A stretch of DNA of 64,000 nt from Candidatus Hydrogenedentota bacterium (GTDB taxonomy: Bacteria; Hydrogenedentota; Hydrogenedentia; Hydrogenedentales; SLHB01): contig CAVUWV010000031.1 in NCBI GenBank assembly GCA_963745075.1, positions 160,001 to 224,000 of the forward strand. The letters run 5' to 3'. Both the position numbers and the translations under genes were made by a program. Each line of letters starts with the position of its first letter. Position 1 is the first letter of the stretch. Positions 1 through 9,253 of this stretch are shown piece after piece. Under the pieces are notes generated by a model, which saw nothing but the letters and a program-made list of their open reading frames with translations, was not told the DNA's origin and ran no database searches.

Positions 1-835
1 CTTTCAGATCCAGCACTTCTTTGGCAACGTTAGCGTCGCGCGTCTTGACGCCCAAGGTATTCACCTCGCGCTGAATCTCCTGGCTGAGAAAATCCAGGCG
101 CCGGCCGATGGAGTCCTTCGACGAAAGGATTTCCTCCATGTGCTCGAGGTGGGTTTTGAAGCGCACCACTTCTTCGGTCACGTCACTCTTCTCGGCCATG
201 AGCGCCACTTCGATGGCGATCCGTTCCTCGGTCAACCCGGCTTCCACGTTCAATTCATGGATGCGCGTGCGCAGACGGGTTTCGTAGGCCTCGTTCAATT
301 CCGGCAGTCGCTCCTCGATAGAGGAAAGCGTCCCGCGCATGGACGCCAGCCGGCCTCGGATATCGTCTTCGAGGGCTTTCCCTTCGGTGCTGCGCATGGC
401 GTCGAGCTTTTCCAGCGCGGCTTCGAGCACACCGACAAGCGTCGACTCGACGGCGTCGAGATCCTCTTCCGAGTCTTCCTGAAAGATTACGCCTTCCATC
501 TGGACCAGCACATTGAGCGAAAGCGTTTCAAACGTGCCCAGTATGGCACTAAGTTGTTTTGCTGCTTCCAGATACTGGTTCGCCAACGCCTGGTCGAAAC
601 GGATGGCCCGATTGGATGACTCTCCCCGGCGCCGGTTTACGGTAACGTTGATCTTTCCCCGCGCGATGTGTTTTCGAATGGTCTGTTTTATAACCGGGTC
701 CAGCGCCGACCATGCGGGGGGCATCCGCAGGTTACAGTCCAGGTACCGGCCATTTACGGAACTTAACTCGACGGTAAGCATCTGTCCGTCGAATTCTCCC
801 GTGGCCTTGCCGAAGCCGGTCATACTTCGTGACAT
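1..835 (-). CDS. yicC: YicC/YloC family endoribonuclease (3' end runs off the window)
   Basis: Manual minus-strand translation from ATG 835 gives MSRSMTGFGKA... and C-terminal GRRLDFLSQEIQREVNTLG, both YicC signatures. Absent from the ORF track because the stop lies outside the window. Confidence 0.9.
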   Translation of the reverse strand, partial: MSRSMTGFGKATGEFDGQMLTVELSSVNGRYLDCNLRMPPAWSALDPVIKQTIRKHIARGKINVTVNRRRGESSNRAIRFDQALANQYLEAAKQLSAILGTFETLSLNVLVQMEGVIFQEDSEEDLDAVESTLVGVLEAALEKLDAMRSTEGKALEDDIRGRLASMRGTLSSIEERLPELNEAYETRLRTRIHELNVEAGLTEERIAIEVALMAEKSDVTEEVVRFKTHLEHMEEILSSKDSIGRRLDFLSQEIQREVNTLGVKTRDANVAKEVLDLK

Positions 836-959
836 GAATTATCCCACTGTGATTTGGAAACTTAGAGAAAAAGCATCGAACCGGGAGTATAGCGTATTTT
901 TGCCGGTTGCCGCAACTGGCGGTAACTGACGGCATGTAATTGCGCGGGCCCGAATCGAT

Positions 960-1769
960 GTGCTATTCAATGACATCGGCCCATTTCCAAGGAGTAAAGT
1001 CCCAATGACGTGCAAAACCGCCTATACCGGACGATCTGGAATCGTGCGGGAATCCCGCGTCCCTCGGCAGCGAAGACTTTTCAGTAGCCGTATCGCATTG
1101 GCTTCACTGGCCTTGTGCAGTGTTCTCAGGTGCGGCGGCGATTCGGGGGTGCAACTTGCAGGGTCAATGCCGGTGGAGCCTGGGACGGTTGAAACCGTCT
1201 CTATCACTCCGATCGAGCCGCCCGAGCCGGGCAACCTCATCCGAAACGGGGATTTCAAGGAATGGCAAGCGGGAACCTCGGCCCCCGACTATTTCATGGC
1301 GCCAGACGCCGGCCATGCGTACTCAACGCTGGAGCGTGCAACTGGACCGGACGGCGAGGAGACGGCCGTTAAGCAGACTTGGCAGACGAGCGACGCGTTG
1401 GACTCGTACACGAACGTGTTTCGCACCTGGGTGACAGGCCTGCGCCCAAACACGCGGTACGAGATGACGATTCGGGCGAACAACCCATCGCGAAACGATC
1501 TGCTCCTACGGGCGTTCCAATACAATGCGCGAAGCCCGGCCGAGGCGGAATTGATGACGGAGAAGCCGGAGGTACTGGGTGGGATTCCAATCGGCCACAC
1601 GGAAGGATTTACGGAGTCCAAATTTGCGTTCACCACAAACGACACGCGGGAGTTTTGCCTGCTGATCGCGGTGAAAAACAATGCACCTGAAGGGACGTTC
1701 CCGGCTTCGTGTGTCTGGGACGCGTGGCGCCTGGTAGAAGCGCCTGCCGTGGGACCGGACTCGCCATGA
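960..1769 (+). CDS. Secreted/lipoprotein with carbohydrate-binding-like (CBM_4_9-type) domain
   Basis: Hydrophobic segment followed by Cys, then NLIRNGDFKEW, typical of galactose-binding-like folds. Start codon uncertain. Confidence 0.55.
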   Translation: MLFNDIGPFPRSKVPMTCKTAYTGRSGIVRESRVPRQRRLFSSRIALASLALCSVLRCGGDSGVQLAGSMPVEPGTVETVSITPIEPPEPGNLIRNGDFKEWQAGTSAPDYFMAPDAGHAYSTLERATGPDGEETAVKQTWQTSDALDSYTNVFRTWVTGLRPNTRYEMTIRANNPSRNDLLLRAFQYNARSPAEAELMTEKPEVLGGIPIGHTEGFTESKFAFTTNDTREFCLLIAVKNNAPEGTFPASCVWDAWRLVEAPAVGPDSP

Positions 1770-1794
1770 TGACGGCTGTGCCCGCTCGCGCGTC

Positions 1795-2889
1795 ATGAAA
1801 GTCGTTCTATTCAGCGATCGGCCTGAAAACTTCGCCGGAACCCGCAGCCGGGTATTGAAATTCGCGGAGATGCTCCGCGCGGAAGGACACCGGTGCACGG
1901 TATGCCTTCCCTTCGGCCACGCGCTACGTGCGCAACTGTACGACGGCCGTTCCAAGGTCTCCAAATTGCTCTATCTCGCCCTTGTTTTTCTGCTTCGCAT
2001 CGGGCAGTTGCGACACGTCCCGGGCGCCGATGTGGTGTTCTTCCGCGGGTTGGCATTTCCGTACGGGCCACCGGTTTTGGAGCGATGCGCCCGGCTGATG
2101 AACCGGCGAATCGTAGTGGATCTGGATGATGCCATATGGGAGCCCGCGGCGTATGTGGATAGTCCCTTCGCGCGCCTGGTCGACGCAGGCTGGACGCGCA
2201 AGATGTGCCGCATCTCCGCACACGTCATCGCAGGAAACGCCTATATTGCCACGTATACACGGCAATTCAACTCGAACGTGACCATTATCCCGACGTGCGT
2301 GGACATGGATACGCATAGGGCAAAACGGCTGAAGACGAACGATGCCGATCAGCCCGTCGTGCTGGGGTGGACCGGCCTGTATTCCAACCTCGGCTACCTG
2401 AACGCGATCGAGGAGCCGCTGCGCGCGTTGGCGAAGCGCCAGTCCATCACGCTGATGATTGCTTCCAACCGCGATTACACACTGGAAGGAGTGGACGTGG
2501 TCAATCACCGTTGGGTGCTGGAGAAGGAGATTGATTATCTCCAGGAACCGGATATCGGGCTTATGCCGCTGATCGATTCGGAGCGCGCGAAAGGCAAATG
2601 CGCGTACAAGGCGCTGGAGTTCATGTCGGTGGGGACCCCCTGCGTGATATCGCCGGTGGGTATGAACGCGGAAGTCATCGAAGACGGGGTCAACGGGTTC
2701 CTTGCATCGACACCGGCGGATTGGACGGAACGGCTGGAGCGCCTGATCGTCGATACGGATCTCCGCCACCGGATGGGCGAAGCGGCCCGAACCACGGTGC
2801 GGGAGCGCTATTCCCACGCGGTTCATTACCCCACGTTCAAGCGGGTCATGGAGACCGTCGCGGTCGGGCCGGGAGCCGGTCGATCGTGA
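1795..2889 (+). CDS. Glycosyltransferase family 4 (GT-B)
   Basis: DIGLMPL...KGKCAYKALEFMSVGTP...IEDGVNGFLA motif. Confidence 0.9.
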   Translation: MKVVLFSDRPENFAGTRSRVLKFAEMLRAEGHRCTVCLPFGHALRAQLYDGRSKVSKLLYLALVFLLRIGQLRHVPGADVVFFRGLAFPYGPPVLERCARLMNRRIVVDLDDAIWEPAAYVDSPFARLVDAGWTRKMCRISAHVIAGNAYIATYTRQFNSNVTIIPTCVDMDTHRAKRLKTNDADQPVVLGWTGLYSNLGYLNAIEEPLRALAKRQSITLMIASNRDYTLEGVDVVNHRWVLEKEIDYLQEPDIGLMPLIDSERAKGKCAYKALEFMSVGTPCVISPVGMNAEVIEDGVNGFLASTPADWTERLERLIVDTDLRHRMGEAARTTVRERYSHAVHYPTFKRVMETVAVGPGAGRS

Positions 2890-4115
2890 GCGGCGCGGAC
2901 TTCGCAGAGAACTGGGTCCAACTTCTGGAAGACTGGATCCGCAACCGCGGACTGGGAGGGTACGACCGCTTCGACGTGCGGGCTCATCCGCTCATTCGCG
3001 CGGCGCAACCGCGTCCCCTGGCGCGCAAGATCACCACCGGGCTGACGGACCTCTTCCCCACGCTTTCACGGCGCACGCTTGGGATTGCGCCGCAGCACAA
3101 CGCGAAGGCCTACGCGCTGGTCGCGCTGGGAAACCTGCGGCGGTATCAAACCACGGGCGAACAAGCGCACTTGGACACGGCGCGGAAGCATCTGCAATGG
3201 CTGCTGGACCATCCGAGTGAGGGCTACGCGGGAATCTGCTGGGGGTACCCTTTCGACGTGTTTGCGAAGGGGTTGGATACGCCCCGGCACACGCCGGTTG
3301 TGGTGGTGAGCGCCATCGCCGGCGAGGCGTTCACGCTGGCGTGGCAAATCACGCGGGACGAGACGTATCGCACGACGACGCGGTCGATCGCGCGTTTCAT
3401 GGAAGTCGATATCCCTCACCTGGACTGGACAGACGGCACGTACTGTTTTGCGTATACGCCCGGCGATCGGCGGCGCGTGCACAACGCCAGCCTTCACGCG
3501 GCCGGGCACCTCGTGCGGACCAGCGCCATCACGGGTGAAGCGGGCCTGCTGGAACTGGCACGGCCGGCCATCGAGTTTACCTTGAACGGCCAGCGGGACG
3601 ACGGTGCGTGGCCGTATGGGGTCCACGCGCCGGAGGACCCGTATGAGGCGAAACTGTTGTCGCTCGTGGATCATCACCATACAGGATTTGTGCTGCGTTC
3701 TCTTTTTGAGATCGATTCAATCCTCCATGATGCCCGAATTCGAGAAAGTGTTATTAAGGGATTTCAATTCTATCGCGAGCGGCTTTTCGACCGGGATGGG
3801 GCGCCCATCACCACCTATGGCCGATACCCTATCGACATCCATGCCTGTGCGGAGGGAATCCTGTGCCCGACTGTCCTGTCGGCGCGGGATGCTGAAGCGC
3901 TATCGATTGCAGAACGGACCATGCGTTGGACTCGGGCCAATCTGAGTCGACCCGATACGGGCGTTCCCTACTACCGGAAATACCCCCTGTTCACGTCGCG
4001 CCTGTATTGTCCGCGCTGGGGCCTGGCTTGGATCTACTACGCCCTCTGCGAGTATCTGTTTGTCGCGGACGCGCGACGAGCGTTGGATTCGTTCCCGAAG
4101 GTTTCACTACACTGA
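2886..4115 (+). CDS. (alpha/alpha)-barrel protein of polysaccharide loci (six-hairpin glycosidase/epimerase-like)
   Basis: GTG 2886 overlaps the GT4 stop (GTGA). Motifs WGYPFD, VHNA, QRDDGAWPYG, DHHHTGF and YPIDIH are typical of uncharacterised EPS-cluster proteins. Confidence 0.65.
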   Translation: MSGADFAENWVQLLEDWIRNRGLGGYDRFDVRAHPLIRAAQPRPLARKITTGLTDLFPTLSRRTLGIAPQHNAKAYALVALGNLRRYQTTGEQAHLDTARKHLQWLLDHPSEGYAGICWGYPFDVFAKGLDTPRHTPVVVVSAIAGEAFTLAWQITRDETYRTTTRSIARFMEVDIPHLDWTDGTYCFAYTPGDRRRVHNASLHAAGHLVRTSAITGEAGLLELARPAIEFTLNGQRDDGAWPYGVHAPEDPYEAKLLSLVDHHHTGFVLRSLFEIDSILHDARIRESVIKGFQFYRERLFDRDGAPITTYGRYPIDIHACAEGILCPTVLSARDAEALSIAERTMRWTRANLSRPDTGVPYYRKYPLFTSRLYCPRWGLAWIYYALCEYLFVADARRALDSFPKVSLH

Positions 4116-4134
4116 CCGCTCACGCGGGGGTTGA

Positions 4135-5001
4135 ATGGAATACGGCAGCAAACAATGGTTCGAGTATATGTTTTCGCGGGCGGCGCAGGGCGAGGACTTG
4201 TGGGGTCATCAGTGGCGCGCGATTCAGAAGTACCGCTACCTGCTCACGCTGTCGCTGGTGCGGGACCGGCTCGCCGAACGGGGCGGCCAGCGTATTCTCG
4301 ACGTGGGTTGCGGTCTGGGCGACTTTACCGCGTTGATGCATGGGCAGAATCCCGGGAACAACGTCTTCGGCACGGATATTGTGGAAACCGCGGTGGAGTC
4401 CGCGTCGCGGGCCCATCCCGAGATCCGGTTCTCTGTGGGTGTGTTGCCGGACATTCCGGTAGAGGGCCCGTTCGACGGAATCGCGGCGCTGGAGTGCATC
4501 AACTACCTGGACCCCGACGCACGTCAACAGACGATGCACAACGTTGCTGCGAAACTGACGGATGGCGGCTGGTTCCTGTTTTCCGGGCACTTAGGGCAAG
4601 ACTCGGGCGACCGGCGCTATTTCTCGGAAGCGGACGTGATCGCGTACCTCGAGGCTGCGGGTTTTCGCATCGAACAGAAGACGCACAACTACGCGGTGCT
4701 GTACAACAAGTTGGAATCCCCCTTTCTGCGCGTCATCAACCTTTCCGCTAAGCTCGATGCTGCGAAGAGAGGAACACCGCCCGATTCGCCCAGGATCGCG
4801 CGTATTGTGAAAGCGCTCTCCACGCCGGTAGCAGGCCCCGTGCTGCATGTTGCCGCACGGACTTCAGCCGCGCTATGCCGCGTATTCTTGAAAATTCTTC
4901 AACCTGTAGCGTTCATTCGACTCACTCAGAGAATCAGCCGCGGTTTGCTCGGGGACCGGGGTAAGTCACATGTCATCGTGCTTGGGGTCAAACGGTCATG
5001 A
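4135..5001 (+). CDS. Class I SAM-dependent methyltransferase
   Basis: ILDVGCGLG motif I, and GTDI. Confidence 0.85.
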   Translation: MEYGSKQWFEYMFSRAAQGEDLWGHQWRAIQKYRYLLTLSLVRDRLAERGGQRILDVGCGLGDFTALMHGQNPGNNVFGTDIVETAVESASRAHPEIRFSVGVLPDIPVEGPFDGIAALECINYLDPDARQQTMHNVAAKLTDGGWFLFSGHLGQDSGDRRYFSEADVIAYLEAAGFRIEQKTHNYAVLYNKLESPFLRVINLSAKLDAAKRGTPPDSPRIARIVKALSTPVAGPVLHVAARTSAALCRVFLKILQPVAFIRLTQRISRGLLGDRGKSHVIVLGVKRS

Positions 5002-5050
5002 CAATGCGCGAATGTCAAAGTCGCAAGGCGATCCATGAAGGATTGAAATC

Positions 5051-6202
5051 ATGGCGGCCAAGATAATCACGCTCCTCCACGATGACTGGGAGATCCGCGG
5101 GAACGGCCTGGGTAATGTGGCGCACCTGCAGTATGTCCCGGCCCTGGCGTTGATGCGGCTCGCGAAGGACACGGGCATTACGCTCACGTTCATGGCGGAG
5201 CTGGGGCAACAATTGGCGTTTCGCCGCTTCGCCGACCGGGACCGCAATCTGGGAATCCAGGCAACCTTATGGGAAGAATGTGTCGGCCTGATTGCGGCCG
5301 AAGGGTTTGATATCCAACCGCACATTCATCCCCATTGGTTCCGAAGCCGGTACGAAGCCGGGTTCATTCATGTTGACCGCAATTGGAACTTGGCGACGTA
5401 TGAAGACGACGAGCGGCGGACGATCCTCCACGAATCCTTTGCGTACCTGACTGAAACCGTGCAACGAGCGAATCCGGCCTATGAAATCAACACGTTCAAG
5501 GCGGGATCTCACGCACTGCAACCATCCCTGAATTTCCTCTCGGACTTGAAAGATGAGGGCATCCACGTCGTCATGGGTCCCCGGAAAGGGATGAAGACGT
5601 TAAACGCCGAGTTCGCGATCGATTATCGCACACTCGAGGAGGGCACGCTCCCCTACCACCCCGATTTCGAGGATGTCACCAAGGTTGGAGAGGATCGGGG
5701 CCTGATTGTCCTGCCGATGACATATTGGGATATGGATCTCGCGGGCAAGATGCACTTAATCATGCGCAGACTTTCGCCCCGTCTCCTTATGGCGGGAAGG
5801 CGGAACCGGTATCCCTACCACGGAGACGTACCGGATACCATTCGACGGTTGAATCCTCGCGTCGATCAAAGCGAATCGGCATTCGTGCGTAAACTTCTTA
5901 AACCGTATCGAACGGGGTTGAATCTGGCCGGACCGCAGACCTTCGGGGAGTTGAAGCACACGCTCGACGCAATGGTGGATCGCCTCCGGCGCACCGAGAC
6001 CGAATCGGCGCCGCTGGTTATCGAAAGTCACAGCAAGGATCATGAGGGCAACTGGGAAACGTTGAGGCGATTTTTTGCTTATATGGTGGAACGGTACAGT
6101 TCGATCATGGAATTCATGACGCTCACGCAGTTCAGCGCGCTCCTCGCCGCGCACCCGACGATGGCGCGTAGTGCGCCCGATTGGGGGCCTGGCCGTGATT
6201 AA
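5051..6202 (+). CDS. Polysaccharide deacetylase-like protein
   Basis: HDDWE, QPHIHPHW and FKAG motifs of NodB-like folds, within a glycan cluster. Confidence 0.65.
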   Translation: MAAKIITLLHDDWEIRGNGLGNVAHLQYVPALALMRLAKDTGITLTFMAELGQQLAFRRFADRDRNLGIQATLWEECVGLIAAEGFDIQPHIHPHWFRSRYEAGFIHVDRNWNLATYEDDERRTILHESFAYLTETVQRANPAYEINTFKAGSHALQPSLNFLSDLKDEGIHVVMGPRKGMKTLNAEFAIDYRTLEEGTLPYHPDFEDVTKVGEDRGLIVLPMTYWDMDLAGKMHLIMRRLSPRLLMAGRRNRYPYHGDVPDTIRRLNPRVDQSESAFVRKLLKPYRTGLNLAGPQTFGELKHTLDAMVDRLRRTETESAPLVIESHSKDHEGNWETLRRFFAYMVERYSSIMEFMTLTQFSALLAAHPTMARSAPDWGPGRD

Positions 6203-6299
6203 AACGAGCGGCTGCGTTCTGCAAGCGAGTCCGTGGTGTATGCCATGATTCGGTTTTGCATGGGCTGTCGTGCGATAGTGGTGAGATTGGATTCTGAAC

Positions 6300-9185
6300 G
6301 TGTTCTGTAGTCACGGGAAGTATTCCGCCCCGGCGGCGATCGTCTGCCTTCACCTATGCTGTCTATCGGGCATGGGACAGCAGCCCGCGGCCCTGCCCGA
6401 TCGCATCCCCGATTCCATCAAGGTTTTTGTGCGTGACGGCCGCATGGTCCAGGTTACCGGCAGCGAGATTGCGGAATGTATCGCCAATGCGAACGTCACG
6501 GAGGAACCCGAGGAGGTCGAAGGCGCGGAAGTATTCACGCTTGGGGGTGCCGCAGACGGACGGGGCCGGGAAACGCCGGATACCGGCGCAATCGTCGGCA
6601 CGTGGGACACAACGGTTACGGCGGTCCCGTCCAAGGCCGAAACAGGATTCGAGGCCGCCGGAAGTTACTGCCTGAAAATCGCCACTCCGCAGACGGACCG
6701 GTCGAACGATTCCGGATTCTTCCATCCCTCGGCGCGGTTTGTGCTTCGGGCCAACACGCGGTACCGGATTTCGTGCCGCGTGTTTTGCAGGGAACAGCGA
6801 AACCAGTTCGTATTGGCCGTTGTCGGCGAAGATCGATTTCTCAGTTCGCCCCACAGCGGGCAGCTCTGGGCGCTCGATGTGGACAATTCCGGCGAGTATT
6901 TTCGCAACACCCCGGGCGAATGGACGCAATTCACCGGCATCATCACGACGCCGGACGAGGGCGACCGCGAGTGCCAGTTGTACATACACCACGATGGCGT
7001 CGTCCCGTTGACGTGGTACCTGGACGACATTTCCCTCGTGCCGTTGCAAGAGACGACGCAGCAAGTCGAGTACCGGGCCAAGACTCCGGAGGAAGCCGCT
7101 TTGTCGTTGGCGACACTCAACGCAAACCGGGTGAATCTATACAACGGCGGGTCAACGGTACCCATCCAAATTGACAACGTCGCGGCGGATGGGAGCTTTC
7201 TGCCCGAGTCGATCATCACATTTTGGGGCGATCCCCCGTCGTCGCGAGACGGTGGAAAGAATCTGTTTACACGCGAGAATACGTATGTTCTCCATTTCGG
7301 GTCCTCCGACCCGTTGCGGCGGTATCATTTGCAAGGTGATACGCCACCGCAGGAGCGTACCGCGGAGGTGCGGAGTTACAAACGGACGTTGCGCCTGGAA
7401 GAGGACAACCATCTTCAGTACTACCAGCAATACAAGGGCATGCCGACCGACCGTGTGATGTGGGCAACGTTCAAGGCGCCGCCGCGGAATTCTAAAACCG
7501 TCACCCTGCCCGCGATTGCAGACCTCTCGAAAGACACCCCCCACGTCGAGGCGCGTGTGTACCTGTGGGGTGGGAGCGATCTCCCCCAAGACCCGGATCA
7601 CCGTTGGGATCTTTCGCTCAACAAAGCGGAGTTGGGAACCGCGACGTGGGACGGCTACCATCACCAAATTGTAACGGGAGAGATCGCCCCGGCCTACGTC
7701 AAGTCCAACCAGCCCAACACCTTGACGTTTATCGAGTCGAATTCGGACTCGCGCGTCGACGTAATCTCTCTGGATTATGTAGAATTTGCCTATCGAGCCC
7801 GGTTGCTGCCACAAGAGGACTTTCTCGAGTTTTCGTTGGACGCGTCCGATACGGCGCGAATCGTTCGAACCGAACCGGGGTTCAGCGGTCCGGATCTTCG
7901 CGTATTCTTCCACGGCCAGAACGAGGAAGTTCGTCCCGAAACGAAGGCCGAAGGGCGCGGATACGCAACGGCATTTACGCTGCCGCCAGATGCCGACCGC
8001 TGCCGCGTCGTCGGAGCCAAGGGTTTCACTCATGCGGCCCGGCTTTCGGTCGGCTACCGGAGTCATTTGCGCAATTGGGACCGGTCACCGCAGTACCTGA
8101 TCATCGCGGATGCCACGTTCCTCGAGGCCTTACGCCCGCTGATCGCTCATCGTGTTGAGCAGGGTTTGGATACGCGCGTTGTCGATGTCGATGAAATCTA
8201 TGACGAATACAGCGACGGCGTGTTCGATCCGGTCGCGGTTCGGCTGTTCCTCGATGATCTGCTGGGCGACCGGGAGGGGGACCGGCCGCGGTTGCAGTAC
8301 GTGTGGCTGGTCGGCGACGCAACGTATGACTACATGGGAATCCGTCCGGGATCGCGGAATTACGTGCCGACCCATCACAGCACCGAGGCGACCATACTTC
8401 CAAACTACGCGCCGACGTTCGCTCAAGATGACTATTTTGCATTTGGGACGGAGGGGGGCGCGGTGCCGCTCGCTGCCATTGGACGCCTGCCGGCGAACCG
8501 GATCGAAACCGTCACGGCTTACGTCGAGAAGGTACTCGAATACGAGCGCCATGCTGCGCCCCCGGAACCGTGGCGGAAACGGGCGGTGCTTATCAGTTCG
8601 AAGGATTTCAATTGGTTCTCCCACGACACTGCGGAGAACATTCTGAAGGGGTGGTCGACGGTCGAACTCACGGGCACGGGCGACGCCGGGGGCGATATTC
8701 AGTTGCGGCATACGATTGTCGACACCATCGACGCCGGTTGCGGCGTCGTGACGTTTACGGGGCACGGCGCGTATTACGTTTGGCGAACCGGAGAAAACAT
8801 GAACGACCAGCGCACGGACATGATGACCGACCGGGACATCGCCCGCCTGACGAATCGCGGCAAATATCCTATCGTATTCACGGCCACGTGCTTCTCGGCC
8901 CTGTACGATGCGCCGATCCACGGGATGTCGCGCGTGGACTCGGGCGTAGGTATTTACTTTGTGCAAGCGCCGGGGAAAGGGGCCATTGCGCTCATTGGCC
9001 ATGTCGGGAAGGTCGACGTGGCCGACGCCCACCGGTTTAATCGTTTCATACTCAACGAGTTAGCAAATGGATCGGGGCCGAGACTCGGCGACCTCTTTCT
9101 CGCCGCTAAAGCCGCCTTTCCTCAAGATCGCTACAGCGGCATTGCTCTGATCGGAGATCCGGCGCTGGTCGTAACGGCGAGATAA
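6300..9185 (+). CDS. C25 (gingipain) family cysteine peptidase with N-terminal CBM-like domain
   Basis: YLIIA...IYDEYSDG...YVWLVGDATYD...IGRLPA...FTGHG...ATCFS...LIGDP; the His/Cys dyad residues are present. Confidence 0.85.
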   Translation: MFCSHGKYSAPAAIVCLHLCCLSGMGQQPAALPDRIPDSIKVFVRDGRMVQVTGSEIAECIANANVTEEPEEVEGAEVFTLGGAADGRGRETPDTGAIVGTWDTTVTAVPSKAETGFEAAGSYCLKIATPQTDRSNDSGFFHPSARFVLRANTRYRISCRVFCREQRNQFVLAVVGEDRFLSSPHSGQLWALDVDNSGEYFRNTPGEWTQFTGIITTPDEGDRECQLYIHHDGVVPLTWYLDDISLVPLQETTQQVEYRAKTPEEAALSLATLNANRVNLYNGGSTVPIQIDNVAADGSFLPESIITFWGDPPSSRDGGKNLFTRENTYVLHFGSSDPLRRYHLQGDTPPQERTAEVRSYKRTLRLEEDNHLQYYQQYKGMPTDRVMWATFKAPPRNSKTVTLPAIADLSKDTPHVEARVYLWGGSDLPQDPDHRWDLSLNKAELGTATWDGYHHQIVTGEIAPAYVKSNQPNTLTFIESNSDSRVDVISLDYVEFAYRARLLPQEDFLEFSLDASDTARIVRTEPGFSGPDLRVFFHGQNEEVRPETKAEGRGYATAFTLPPDADRCRVVGAKGFTHAARLSVGYRSHLRNWDRSPQYLIIADATFLEALRPLIAHRVEQGLDTRVVDVDEIYDEYSDGVFDPVAVRLFLDDLLGDREGDRPRLQYVWLVGDATYDYMGIRPGSRNYVPTHHSTEATILPNYAPTFAQDDYFAFGTEGGAVPLAAIGRLPANRIETVTAYVEKVLEYERHAAPPEPWRKRAVLISSKDFNWFSHDTAENILKGWSTVELTGTGDAGGDIQLRHTIVDTIDAGCGVVTFTGHGAYYVWRTGENMNDQRTDMMTDRDIARLTNRGKYPIVFTATCFSALYDAPIHGMSRVDSGVGIYFVQAPGKGAIALIGHVGKVDVADAHRFNRFILNELANGSGPRLGDLFLAAKAAFPQDRYSGIALIGDPALVVTAR

Positions 9186-9253
9186 TGCGTGATTTAGTGT
9201 GAAAACTATGATATAAACAGAAAAGGTGTCGCTACCCGGTCGAAGCGAATAAG

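Noticed and set aside
140..929. Plus-strand ORFs of 159 and 138 aa
   Set aside because: Antisense shadows of yicC on the minus strand.
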